DNA from: an uncultured Acidimicrobiia bacterium | GTDB lineage: Bacteria > Actinomycetota > Acidimicrobiia > Spongiisociales > ZC4RG35 | NCBI GenBank assembly: GCA_963840175.1 | Contig: CAWIXU010000004.1 | Span: 9,288-73,287 of the forward strand | Reading direction: 5' to 3' | DNA length: 64,000 bases | Made by a program: the position numbers and the translations under genes | The notes under the pieces: generated by a model | The model's database searches: none | The model's input: only the letters and a program-made list of their open reading frames with translations | What the model was told of the DNA's origin: nothing | In this document: piece by piece, positions 20,155-32,039 of the stretch | How positions within the stretch are numbered: the first letter of the stretch is position 1 | How the letters are laid out: each line of letters opens with the position of its first letter

Positions 20155-21909
20155 CGGATGACGGCCAGCACGGCTCCCAGCGAGACGGTGTCGCCGGCTT
20201 GCACCCGGAGGTCGACGACCTCGCCGGCGCTCGGGGAGCGCACCTCGTTCTCCATCTTCATCGCCTCGAGCACGCAGATCGGCTGGTTCGGCTTCGACCT
20301 TGTCGCCTGCCTTCACATGCACTTTGACGATCGTGCCCTGCATCGGCGCGCGTGACGACTCCGTCGTTGCGCACCCGACGCGGCGGGCCGGTCGAGCTTC
20401 GGCCGAGCTCTCCGCGTCATCCCGGGTCCAGTCGCGGGACCAGCGTCAGGTGACCAGTAGGTGACCGCAAACCGCCGTCCCACCGATCTCGACGGTCATG
20501 TCGCGGCGGGCGAGCTCCTCGTCCTCGGGCAGCGTTGGCTGCGACGAGCGGCGTGGCGTCGGGGAACTTGACCTGATCCTCGAGCCAGCGGGTGTAGTGA
20601 CGGCCTTCGAGAAAGTCGGGATGATCGAGCACAATGAGATGCGCAGGGATGGTTGTCGCCACCCCGGTGATCAGAAATTCCTCGAGGGCGCGACGGCCGC
20701 GTCGGATGGCTGGTCGCGATCGCTACCCCACACGACCAGCTTGGCCATCAGGTTGTCGTAGTACTGGCTCACCCTGGTGGTCGGGCTGGATCCAACCATC
20801 GACGCGCACGCCCGGCCCGGCCGGTTCGCGGTAGTCGGCGACCTGACCTGGCGTCGGCAGAAAGCCGCGCAGCGGATCCTCGGCGTTGATCCGGAATTCG
20901 ATGGCGTGGCCCCGCGGGCGTGACCGAGTCGAAGTCGAGCTTCTCGCCCTGCGGCGATCCGCAGCTGCCACTCCACGAGGTCGAGACCGGTGACCATCTC
21001 GGTGACCGTGTGTTCGACCTGGAGGCGGGTGTTCATCTCGAGGAAGTAGAACTCGCCCGATTCGGGATCGAAGAGAAACTCGACGGTGCCGGCGTTGACG
21101 TATCCGCACGAGCGCCCGGCGGCCAGGGCGGCTTCGCCCAAGAGCGTTGCGCTGTTCGGCGGTCATACCCGGGGACGGGGTTTCTTCGATCAGCTTCTGG
21201 TGTCGTCGTTGCACGGTGCAGTCGCGCTCGCCGAGGAAGACACCGTGGCCGGCTGGGTCGAAGAGGATCTGCGCTTCGACGTGACGCGGGCGCGGCAGGT
21301 ACTTCTCGACGTAGACCTCGGGGTTTCCGAAGTAGGCGTCGGCCTCGCGCCTGGCCCCGTCGAACGCCGCCACCGATCTCGCTCGCGCTGTTGACCACGC
21401 GCATTCCTTTGCCGCCGCCGCCGTGGGCGGCCTTGATCGCGATCGGATAGCCGAACTCTTCGGCGAGGGCGGCGACCGTCTCCACCGATTCGGCCGGTTC
21501 GGAGGTCCCTGGAACCGTCGGCAATCGCCGCCTCGGCGGCATGTCGCCGCGAGGTGATCTTGTCGCCCATCGCCTCGATGGCCGCGGGAGGAGGGCCGAC
21601 CCAGGTGATGCCGGCCCTGGTGACCGCCTCGGCGAACCCGGCGTTCTCGGCGAGAAAGCCGTAGCCGGGATGGATCGCATCGGCCCGAGCGGCCGCGGCG
21701 ACCTGGAGGATCTTTTGGGCGTTCAGATAGGACTCGGCCGCGGGCGCCGGTCCCACGTTCCAGGACTCGTCGGCCAACTGCACGTGCAGCGAGTCGCGAT
21801 CGAGGTCCGAATAGATGGCAATCGTGTGGATGCCCATCTCCTGGGCGGTGCGGATGACCCGCACCGCGATCTCTCCCCGGTTGGCGATGAGGAGGCGGGA
21901 AATGGTCAC
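20151..21909 (-). CDS. accA: Acetyl/propionyl-CoA carboxylase alpha subunit (biotin carboxylase + BCCP), heavily frameshifted
   Basis: GTG 21909 [105 protein letters not shown]. Biotinyl domain [19 protein letters not shown]..(MKM region out of frame). Confidence 0.85.
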
Positions 21910-23462
21910 TAGAGCGGCATGTTCCCATGCTTTTTCTGGGGGAGGTGCTCGCGTTTGGTGCGCAGCATCTCTAGCGCCCGGATGAGCTTGCCGCGGGTCT
22001 CGCGTGGCTCGATCACCTCATCGACCAGACCGAGTTCGGCTGCCCGATAGGGATTGTTGAATTGCTCCTCATAGTCGTGGATCAGCTCGGTTCGCTTTTC
22101 CTGGGCGATCGGTGGCCTCGGCGAGCTCGCGTCGGAAGATCACGTTGACCGCCCCCTGCGCACCCATCACGGCGATCTCGGCCGACGGCCAGGCAAAGAC
22201 CATGTCAGCACGAATGCCGCGGGCATTCATAACGAGGTAGGCCCCTCCGTAGGCCTTGCGCGTGATCACCGTCACCCGCGGCACGGTCGCTTCGCAGTAG
22301 GCGTAGAGGAGCTTGGCGCCGTGGCGAATGATGCCTCCGTGCTCCTGGCCGACGCCGGGAAGGAACCCGGGCACGTCGACGAAGGTGATCGAGAGGAATG
22401 TTGAACGAGTCGCAGAACCGCACGAAACGGGCCCCTTTCTCCGACGCCTCGATGTCGAGCGTCCCCGCCAGATGAGACGGCTGGTTGGCGACGATCCCGA
22501 CCGCCTGGCCATCGAGCCGTCCAAAACCGACGATGAGGTTGCGAGCCCAATGCTCGTGGACCTGAAAGAACTCGCCGTCGTCGACGACCAATTCGATCAG
22601 CGTGACCATGTCGTAGGGCTGGTTGGGCGAGTCGGGGATGATCGTGTCGAGGACATCTTCGAGCCGGTCGCGACTGTCGGTAGGGGGGAAGTAGGGCGGC
22701 ATCTCGAGGTTGTTCTGGGGGAAGAAGCTGAGCATGTAGCGCACCGCGTCGAGAGCGGTGCTTCCGTTCGGGAACACGAAGTGGGTCACGCCGGAAATGC
22801 TGGCGTGGGTGAAGGCACCACCGAGTTCTTCCATCGCTACCTCTTCGCCGGTGACGGCTTTGATGACATCGGGACCGGTGATGAACATGTGCGACGACCC
22901 GTCGACCTGGATGACGAAGTCCGTCATGGCCGGGGAGTACACGGCCCCGCCCGCGCACGGCCCCATGATCACCGAGATCTGCGGGATCACCCCCGAAGCG
23001 CGCACGTTGCGCTCGAAGATGCGGCCGTACCCGTCGAGGGAAGCAGACCCCCTCCTGAATGCGGGCGCCGCCGGAGTCCTTGAGACCGATGATCGGCGCT
23101 CCAACCTCCATCGCCAGATCCATCAGCTTGCAGATCTTGTCGGCCACCGCCCGGCCGAGTGATCCGCCGAAAACCGTGAAGTCCTCCGCGTAGACAAAGA
23201 CGGTCCGTCCGTCGATCGTGCCGTAGCCGGTGACCACCGCGTCCCCCGGGGGGCGCTTTTGCTCGATGCCGAACCCCGATGGACTGGTGACGGACAAACA
23301 TGTCCATCTCCTGAAAGCTGCCCTTGTCGAGCAGGTGGTCGATCCGCTCTCGAGCGGTGAGCTTGCCCTGCTCGTGCTGGCGGTCGACCGCTCGCCGGCT
23401 CCCGGCGTGATGGGCCTCATCTCGAGTTTGCGTAGTTGCTCGATGCGGGCTTCGGTGCCCAC
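21910..23462 (-). CDS. pccB: Acyl-CoA carboxylase beta (carboxyltransferase) subunit, frameshifted
   Basis: [141 protein letters not shown] at 21910-21912 abuts the accA GTG. Confidence 0.85.
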
Positions 23463-23475
23463 CAGCCTCCTCCGT

Positions 23476-24192
23476 ATGCTCTCCAGGGCCGGGATGTCTA
23501 CACCCTATTCGTCCCACGTTTACGAGGAAGTCACCTCGACCCAGGACGTTGCCCGTTCGCTCGGGATCGACAGGTCCGATCCTGGTGATTGCCGCCCGCC
23601 AGACCGAGGGTCGCGGACGGTCGGGCGCGAGCTGGGAAACGGCTCCGCGAGCCCTGGCCGCGAGCCTCCACTTCGCGCCGCGGAGCCTCGGGTGGCCCGC
23701 TGACCGTTGGACGCTGATTCCGCTGGCGACCGGCATCGCCGTCGCACGCTCTTTGCAGCTCAAATCTGAAGTGGCCCAACGATCTCCTGGTCGCGCCGGA
23801 AGAGAAGGTCGGAGGCATCCTGGTCGAGGCGACCGGTCAGACGATGACGATCGGCGTCGGGGTCAATCTCTGGTGGCCGGACCCTCCAGCCGAACGGGCT
23901 GCGACTATGGACCGACGATCCCGGTGCCTGAGGCTCTCACCGCGCCTCGGCGAGACCGTTGGCGAGGCGGTCTGGGAAGAGCTCGGTAACGGCGCCGAGG
24001 CTGGAGCTACGACGACTACTGCCGGGCCTGCTTGACACTCGGCAGCGAAATCACTTGGGGGCGAAAACCGAACGCGGCAACCGATCGCTTCGCGATCGAC
24101 CGCACGGATGGGTCACTCGTAGTCGAGGAATCCGCGTGCGCCGGCGCAAATCCGCAACTGCCGGCGAGTGTGACGCCTCAACCCGTCCGTTA
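23476..24192 (+). CDS. birA: Biotin--[acetyl-CoA-carboxylase] ligase, frameshifted; 3' end uncertain
   Basis: [50 protein letters not shown] (after a frame change) followed by [14 protein letters not shown]. Divergent from pccB-accA. Confidence 0.7.
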
Positions 24193-24940
24193 GCCCAGGT
24201 CCTCGGTGACGGCTGGCGGCAGAGGTGGATCGGAAGAACTCAAGCAAACGGGCGGACATGTCGGCGCCGGCTCCACTGTCGAACTCGGGAGATTCTTCGT
24301 TCCAGAAGTCGTGTCCGGCGCCTTCATAAAGGAGCCAGGTGCCATGCCCGTTGCGATTCTGCGCCTCGTCGACGGTGTCGTTGTCGATCAGCTGGTCGCT
24401 CTCGCCGTAGAGGCCGAGGACCGCGACCGGCAGACTTCCCAGGTAGGTCGGCCACCTGATGCTCGCGCTCCTCGTCGCCCGTAAGCGGGGTGGACGACCA
24501 CGGCCACCGAACCCACCCAGGGTCGCGTGGCGGCCGCGATCAAGGCCGGCCGACCACCGACGTCGATACCGAGCAGCCCAACCTTCTCCGGCAAGCGCCC
24601 AGAAGACGTCGTCGCTCTGGAGGAACTCGTATGTCTCCTCGAGCATCACCATCACCTCTCGATCGCTCGTTTCGGAGTAGGCAGCAAGGGCGTCGTCACC
24701 GGCTACCGCGAACAGTTCCACCACGACGGCTCGCGATCCCGTTGCGGGCCAGATCGCCGGGCAAGGGATTTCTCCCCGGAGGAGAGGCCCCCGAGCCCCG
24801 GGAAAGACGAGAACGACCGGAAAACGTCCCGGCTTCGTCGGGGCGGGAAAGGTACCCCGGCCGATAGCCGCGCTCCGATCGGCACCGCGCTGGGCGCCAT
24901 ACATGATTGAAAAAGTGCCCTCGTGGGGAAGTACTGCCAA
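24113..24940 (-). CDS. Dienelactone hydrolase-family alpha/beta hydrolase, frameshifted
   Basis: FPVVLVFPG. Nucleophile-elbow region KVGLLGIDVGGRPALIAAA sits in a second frame (ORF 24388-24594). LGLYGESDQLID, YEGAGHDFWNE. Confidence 0.6.
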   Translation of the reverse strand: MAVLPHEGTFSIMYGAQRGADRSAAIGRGTFPAPTKPGRFPVVLVFPGARGPLLRGEIPCPAIWPATGSRAVVVELFAVAGDDALAAYSETSDREVMVMLEETYEFLQSDDVFWALAGEGWAARYRRRWSAGLDRGRHATLGGFGGRGRPPRLRATRSASIRWPTYLGSLPVAVLGLYGESDQLIDNDTVDEAQNRNGHGTWLLYEGAGHDFWNEESPEFDSGAGADMSARLLEFFRSTSAASRHRGPGLTDGLRRHTRRQLRICAGARGFLDYE

Positions 24941-25054
24941 AGGTTCTCCGGGTTGGTTTGGAGGAGGCTAGCGATTGTCGAATCCCATTGTCGTGCGCTC
25001 TCCGGGTGCAGATGGAACCGGCGTACCCGTATCATGCGTTCTTAGGGGTATTCG

Positions 25055-26377
25055 ATGACCACTGATCCCGATTCCAGTCCCCGTTTCAACGCGTCCACCC
25101 GCTCCCAACGGCCGCTGGTGGAAGCGCCTGGTGATCGGACTTTCTGGTCCTCGCCAACCTGGCTGTTGGCCTGGTTCTCTTCGCCCTCCACTCGAGCCAG
25201 GCCGCATTTGTCGCCAACGCCACCCAGAACACGGACGTCACTCCCGAACTGACGTTCGGCCCACCGCCAAGTCAGAGCCGCTCACGTTTTTGGTGATCGG
25301 CTCCGACACCCGTGAGGGCCTCGACAGCCTGCAGAACTTCGGCGAGTCGGAGGGGGCGCGCGGCGACGTGATCATGCTGATCAAGCTCTACCCCGATGGC
25401 GGCCGCGCCCAGATCCTCTCGCTTCCCCGGGACCTCCTGGTCGACATTCCCGGCCAGGGCACCGATCGAATCAATGCCGCATACGCCTTCGGTGGCGCTC
25501 CGCTGATGGTCCGCACCGTCGGGCAAGCGACCGGTCTCCCCGATCCACCACTACGTCGAGATCGATTTCGTCGGCTTCCAGTCGCTGGTCGACGAGATCG
25601 GAGGCGTCTACATCGACTTTCCCTACGCGGCCCGTGACGCCAACAGCGGATTGTCCGTCGAAGCGGCCGGCAGCTGCTCGACGGCTCCCAGGCTCTCGCC
25701 TATCGCCCGGTCGCGCCACTACGAGGAATTGCAGGACGACACCTGGGTCAGGTCGACGCCGACGACATCGGCCGCACCCGGCGCCAGCAGAGCCTGATCC
25801 TGGCGATCCTCTCGGAGCGTCAAGACTCCTTCGACCCTGACCGAAGCAGGATCGATCGTGGCGTCTTTGCCCAGCACCTGACTGTCGACTCGGCATTCGC
25901 CCGATCGTCGCTGGTCGAGTTGGCCTTTCGGATGCGTTGCATCTCGGCCGCGACGATGGAGACGGCAACCTTGCCCGGTTTACATCGACGACTACGAAGG
26001 CATGTCAGTCGTGAGCATGAGCCATCCTGAGGCGGACAGCATGATCGTCGCCTTTGCCGAACGGGTCAGCCGCTGCAGCGCCGATGACCGAGGCGCTTCG
26101 TTTGCAGGTCCTCAACGGCAACGGAATCAAGGGCTCTGCCGGGCGATGGGCGACCTCCTCGAGGAACAGGGTTTCGAGGTTGCTTCGGTCGGCGATGCCG
26201 AGCGGAACGACTTCGAGACCACGACCGTCATCGTTCGTCCCGGAGGCCTTCGGCCGGCTCAAGCGCTCGTCGACGCCCTTGGGTTCGGCGAGGTTTCGAC
26301 TGGCAGTCTTGACCGACGGCATCGACGCCGTGGTCATCGTCGGATTGGATGCTGACAGGACGGCCCAGACCGGTTAG
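25055..26377 (+). CDS. LytR-CpsA-Psr (LCP) family glycopolymer transferase with LytR_C domain, frameshifted
   Basis: TM LVIGLLVLANLAVGLVLFAL. LCP core LTFLVIGSDTREG..RGDVIMLIKL..ILSLPRDLLVDIPGQGTDRINAAYAFGG..HHYVEIDFVGFQSLVDEIGGV. C-terminal LRLQVLNGNGIKGSAG..VASVGDAERNDFETTTVIVRPG. Confidence 0.75.
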
Positions 26378-26416
26378 CTTTTCCAAACGGGGCGGTATCG
26401 CAGGGGAGTCAATCGG

Positions 26417-27681
26417 ATGAAAATTTCTGTTATTGGGGCCGGTTACGTCGGTCTTGTGACCGCCGCCGGACTGGCCCGCCTCGGTCATGAAGTGGCTCTG
26501 GGAGAAGCCGATGCCCGATCGTGTGCGTCGTCTCGAGAACGGCGAGGTCCCGATATTCGAGAGTGGGCTTGACGAGCTGATCCACTGGGCCCGCGCGTCC
26601 CGCCGTCTCACCTTCCACGCATCCAATCGATGCAGTCAAAGGCGCCGATTTGGTCTTCCTGTGCCTTCCGACCCCGGCCGGCGAGGACGGCCGCGCCGAT
26701 CTGACGTTCGTCGAGGCGTCGTCGACGAACTGGCGCACTCGTCGAACCCGACACGGTCTTCGTCGTGAAGTCGACGGTCCCGCCGGGGACAGCCAGGTCG
26801 CTTCAGAAACGATCTCCAATCCTCGGAAGTGAGGCAGCGGTCGTCTCTCATCCGGAGTTTCTACGGGAAGGAAGTGCCGTCCGACTTCCTGGATCCGGAC
26901 CGGATCGTGATTGGAGCCGTCGATCCCACATGGCCAAGTCGGTCACCTCGCTCTACGACAGTCTCGACACCGAGGTCGTCACCACCGACCCGACGTCGGC
27001 GGAGATGATCAAATACGCCTCCAACTCCTACCTCGCCACGCGGCTGACGTTTGCCAACACGCTCGCCAATCTTTGCGAGGCGGTCGGGGCGGACATTCTC
27101 GACGTCCTCGAACGGCGTCGGTCTCGATCATCGGATCGGGCCCCACTTCCTCAAGCCCGGCCCTGGCTACGGAGGCTCGTGCTTCCCGAAGGACACGCTC
27201 GCGCTCATCGGCGTCGCCGAGGACGCCGGCTATGACTTCAAGCTCCTCAAGGCGGTAATCGACGCCGACGAGGAACAGCGTCGGCGGGTCGCCAACAAAG
27301 TCAAGGCTGCCGCCGGTGGGGTCTGCGGGGACGTCGGATCGCGATGTGGGGTGTTGCTTTCAAGGCCGGCACCGACGACGTCCGAGAATCACCCGCCACG
27401 CGGATTGCCGCTCCTGATCGAAGGAGGGGCCGAGGTCATGTCCTACGACCCTGAGGCTCACGCTCCGAACATTCGCCATGCCGACTCTGCGCTCGAGGCG
27501 GTCGACGGGGCCGATGTTCTGTTGATCGCCACGGAGTGGCCCGAGTTCGCCAAGGTCGATTTCGACGAGGTGGCAGCGCGGATGCGCGGCCACCGGATCG
27601 TCGATGCCCGCAATCTGCTCGACCCCGGCAGTGCGGGCCGCCGGTCTCGACTACTCGGGCCTGGGACGGCCCAACGCCTAG
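26417..27681 (+). CDS. ugd: UDP-glucose 6-dehydrogenase, frameshifted
   Basis: MKISVIGAGYVGLVTAAGLARLGHEV. GLDHRIGPHFLKPGPGYGGSCFPKDT (catalytic Cys). C-terminal IVDARNLLDP. Confidence 0.85.
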
Positions 27682-27730
27682 CGAACACATATCGGCGCTT
27701 GCCGGTCGCACCAGATCGGTAGCCCGGCCA

Positions 27731-28372
27731 TCACCCCGGGGTAGGAAACGCCCTTATCAACGCGGCCGGGGTGCCAGCAGCCTTGCCGATGGCGAGTTCG
27801 GCGGCCGCGGCCAGCTCGTCGGCGATCGCTATCTCGGTGACCTCGAGCACGCGGCCGTTCATGTCGGGCGTGCCACGAAGGTCGAGGATCGGCAGCATTC
27901 CTGAGACTCCAATCGCCACGTCGACCAGGCCCATGCGCCAGGCCCGACCGAAGGTGTCGGTGACGATGACGGCGATCTCAATCCCAAATTCCCGTTCGAC
28001 GCGGATGCGGATGCGGTGCGCGGACCGGTCGGGATCGGCCGGCAGCAACACCACCTGATCATCGAGCACGTTGGAACGATCGACGCCGGCATTCGCACAG
28101 ACGAATCCGTGCCGGGTCACAGTGATCACCATGGGCGCCCCGTCGACGAAGGATGGACACCGCTTCCCGTTCGACGACGTCCCGATAGTCCTCTTCGGTG
28201 GGGGCGTCGGCCACGGCTCCTTCGGCTTTGGAGACGACCTTTTGCGTTACGACCAGGACGTCGCCGTCGGCTGGACCGAGGGGTCGCAGAGCTTCGATCA
28301 GCAAGCCGGCGCAGGTCATCGCCGGGTCGAACCTCGCCGATGCCGGTCAGCGGGTGAGATCGTGATGATCAT
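27731..28372 (-). CDS. cofE: Coenzyme F420-0:L-glutamate ligase, frameshifted
   Basis: MIITISPLTGIGEVRPGDDL.. LVVTQKVVSKAEG, TRHGFVCANAGVDRSNV, IAVIVTDTFGRAWRMGLVDVAIG, EIAIADELAAAAEL. Confidence 0.8.
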
Positions 28373-29290
28373 CAAGCTTGGCGATCTCGAGGACCCGTGG
28401 GCCAACTTGGTGGAGGCGGCGACGTCATCCATTCGGGTGTTCGCCGTGTGGATCCGCGGCCGTTTGTCGGTGTTCATCCTCGCTGTCGCTTTCGTCGATG
28501 ACGAGGTCGGTGAGGAGTCCCGAGTAGGACGGAGATCGACGCCGGCAGTATCCGCACCGTGACCCATCGACACCAAGCACTCGGTGGGCCGGTCCTTTGA
28601 GCGCGTGCCTCCGATCAGGGGCTCACGCCGATCACCTGCTCATGGCGGCAATCGTGTCGGCCACACCGGGCACGGCCAGGATCGGCCAGATCGATAGGAC
28701 CGGGTTCGAGGGGCCGATGACGACTACGTCGCTCTGCCGGCCAAGGCCTCCATGACCCCGGGCGCCGGCCGGCAGAAACCCGCTCCGCGGAAGCGCACGT
28801 CGCTCACTTCGTCGGCGTGGCGACGGAAGTACGAAATACTCCTGGAAGGAGATCCAGCCTTCACCGGCGAATCCGGACTTCGGTCCGCAGCGGGTCGTCG
28901 GTCACGGGCAGGATGGTGGCCGCGATCCCAAAGGCCGAGGCCAGCGCGGTCGTCACCCAGGTCAGCGACCACCCCGCAAGAAGACGATCCGTGCGAAACA
29001 GGTTGGTGGCAAGGTCGCTGTCTCCGATCCGGAATGTCGTGTCGATCGGCAGAGCGATCGAGGGCCTTCATCGCCGCGAAGGGATCATCGGCCAGGCCCC
29101 AACCGTGCGGCCCCTCGCGCCCCGCCATGGTGTAGATGATCGTGTCGATGTCGGGCGAGACCGCCAAGCCGTAGATGCGGTCGTCGTCGCCGACGTTGGC
29201 GATCACGGTCAATTCGTGGTCGGGCAGAGCCGCAAATCCACGGGCGAGCTTCGCCCCGCCCACTCCTCCTGAAAGCATTGTCACCCGCAC
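28347..29290 (-). CDS. cofD: 2-phospho-L-lactate transferase (F420 biosynthesis), frameshifted
   Basis: VRVTMLSGGVGGAKLARGF, TVIANVGDDDRIYGLAVSPDIDTIIYTMAG, VVIGPSNPVLSIWPILAVPG, VIGVSPLIGG. The end overlaps the cofE start. Confidence 0.8.
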
Positions 29291-29440
29291 AGCGTGCCTC
29301 CCGACCTCGCTGAGAAGCTTGGCAGTCTCGAGAGAGATTGCAGTCGAAGTTAGGCTGCTCCACAATGATCCGGTCCATGAGCAGTCCGCCGCTTTCGTCG
29401 GCCGCTCCTTCCTCTGGCACATCGCAGGCTGTCGCCCGCG

Positions 29441-32039
29441 GTGGCCGTCGCGATCCTGGCCGCTGACGGCATCGATCCCCAGGGAACCCTGCAGGCCCTT
29501 CGCTCGCAAGTTTATGCGCCAACCCAGACTCTGGTCGTGGGCGGTGCCCACTGGTCGGAAAGGGTCGTGCGAGACAGCTCAGACGTGCTCGCGGCACTGG
29601 CACCTGACGTCTCCTTCGTGTGGTGGGTGCACGGCGATACGCGTCCGCGGCCGGACGCTCTGGGCGGGTTGGTCCGCGAGCTCGACCGCACGGAGGCCGC
29701 TGTCGCGGGGTCGAAGATTCTCATCGACGGCGGCAGCGATCGCCTGATTAGTCGGTCGGTGGGGCAACTGACGTCTACGGCGACGTCTACACCGGGCTCG
29801 ATCCCGACGAGCTCGACCTCGAGCAGTACGACGTGGTCCGTGAGGTCTCCTACGTCTCGGCTGTCTCGTTGTTGGTGCGACGCGATCTGTCTGCGCGGCC
29901 TCGGTGGATTCGACCCTGCCCTCGCTCCGCAAGCGTCGAGCATCGACTTTTGTCAGCGGGTGCGTCTCGCAGGAGGAAGAGTCGTCGTGGTTCCGTCCTC
30001 TGAGGTCTTCCACCAGTCTCCTTGCGCGGCCGAGGCTCCCGGGATGGAAGGAGCAAGGCGGTCGCAACAAGGCGATGCTGGTTGCCTATTCGCCGCTGAC
30101 CCTCGCCTGGGTGGTTCCGATCGGGCGCGCTTGTCGGCTTGCTCGATGGGCTGTCGCAACTCGTTCTCGGCAGGTTCCGACCATCTGCTGGCGACGATCG
30201 CCTCGTGGTTTTGGACCCTCGGCCAGGTGCCGTCGGTCATCGCGGCCCGGGCGCGCATGCGCCGGATCAGGGCGGTGGGAGATGAGGAGCTCTTTCGATT
30301 TCAGGTCAGCGGTTCGTCACGTCTGCGGCGCACTTTCTCCGAACTCGGTGATCGCTTCAACACGGCGATTGACGAGGAGGAGAGCGGGTCCTTGGCCGAA
30401 CGAGCTACGAGTGCTTGGCGGCGACCCATCGGCGGGTCTCTCGGCATTGTCTCCGGCCTTGGCGTCCTGGTTGCGTACTCGTTCGATCTGGTTCAGCGGT
30501 CCGCCTGAGGTGGGCTTCGCGCTGCCACCGTCGGGTTTGAGTGGGTTGGTCGCCTCCTACGGCGGCGGACCCAATCCGGCGGGTTTCGGGTCCGATTTGG
30601 TGGTCCCGCCGGTCGTCGGCCTCGGTTCGATCTGCCTATCCTCTTGCTCGGCCGCCGACCGAATCTGGCCTCCGCCCTTTTGCTTGCTGGCCGCGATCGC
30701 CCTCGCCCTCCTGGGCATGGCGCGACTGGCCCGACGGATGGGGGCAGGGTCGCTCGCGGGCGTTCGTCGCCGGCTGGGTCTACGTGGCCGGGGCGACGAC
30801 GGCCGCGGTCGATGCGACCGCCAACTGGCCCGCGCTGATGGCTGTCGGACCCTTGCCCTGGGCGATCGAGGCGATCGTTGCTCCTCCTGTCCAGGGTCGT
30901 CGACGGGTCGGCCGGTTGGCCGCGGCCGGGTTCGCCGCGGGCTTTGTGGCGATCGCTTTTCCGCCGCTTCTCTGGTCGTGGTCGCGCGAGCGGTTTGCTT
31001 TGGGCCGTCGTCGCCCGCCGTTTCGGGGCCGCTGGCCTCGGTCTCGCGGCGACTGCTCTCGGCTGCTCTCTGATCCTCCCCTATGTGTTGGGGGCCGATC
31101 TCAACGACGTGCTCTTTGCCGGCAAGCTCCGCCCCGATATCGCCAACGAGTGGCTCTGGCTGGCGGGGATCGGGCTCGGCTTCGCGGTCGCCGCCCTCTC
31201 TTCGCCGCGGACCCGGCTGCCTCGATCTGGTGGGCGGGAATCATGGCCGCGGCGGGTTATCTCGTTTCGCAGAGTCCCGACGTTGCCCCCGGGGTGGTGG
31301 TCGTGGCGTTGATGGCTGCGCGATTGGGGCCGGCGTGCTTGCGGCCAGTCTCATCGAAGTCGAGGCCGCGACCGAAGCTGCTCGGCGGTCTCGCGGCCGC
31401 GCTTCTCGCTATTGCCAGCCGTCCTCACCATCGCCCAGGGACGCTTTGGACTTCCCGGCCGATCGTTGGACCGACCGGCTCGACTTCGTGACCACGTTGA
31501 GCGCCGACGAGGCCCAGGCCGCGCCCTGCTCATCGGGCCCCGTGGATCTTTGCCTGGCCGTGCTCGGTCTCTGTTCGGGTTCGACTATCGCACGATCGAC
31601 GGGGGCCAGACAACACTGACCCAGGCGTATCTGTCGAGTCCCGGCCCCCTCGATGACGAGCTTGCTGGGTGATCAACGATCATCTACTGGCCGGAGTCGA
31701 TCTCCGACCGGGTGCCGCGCCTGGCCCGGCTCGGCATCGAGTGGCTTGTGCTCGTCCCCGGCTCCGAGTTCCCGACCGAGATCCTCAATCGGCAGATCGA
31801 TCTCGTGGCCCGACCGGTCGACACCGATCTCGCGGTTTATCAGAACCTCTCCTACCGGCCGGCGGACCTCGCTCCGGCGTGGGACGGGGTCGGAGCTGGC
31901 GCGCACGCGCCGGCTGGGGTCGGGGGCCTTGCTCGTCGTGCTCGTCGCGGTCGCCTACTGGGGACGCAACCGGGGCCGGCAAGTTCCGATCGTGGAGCCG
32001 GTCCCGAGCCAGTGGATCGGGCCGGTGAGCGTCGGATGA
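29441..32039 (+). CDS. Large GT2 glycosyltransferase fused to a ~600-codon polytopic membrane region, heavily frameshifted
   Basis: GT2 part: VAILAADG.., WWVHGDTRPRPDAL, AVSLLVRRDL..GGFDPALAPQASSIDFCQRVRLAGGRVVVVPSSEVFH. Then hydrophobic fragments across ORFs 29904-31073, 30541-31491, 30878-31312, 31083-31619, 31412-31672, 31653-32039. Confidence 0.55.

Noticed and set aside
22313-23083. 256-aa plus-strand ORF inside pccB. Similar antisense ORFs: 777-1520, 15043-15492, 46757-47467, 51566-52189, 59019-59711
   Set aside because: All lie opposite strongly motif-supported genes and have low-complexity Arg/Gly/Pro composition. They are high-GC antisense artefacts.
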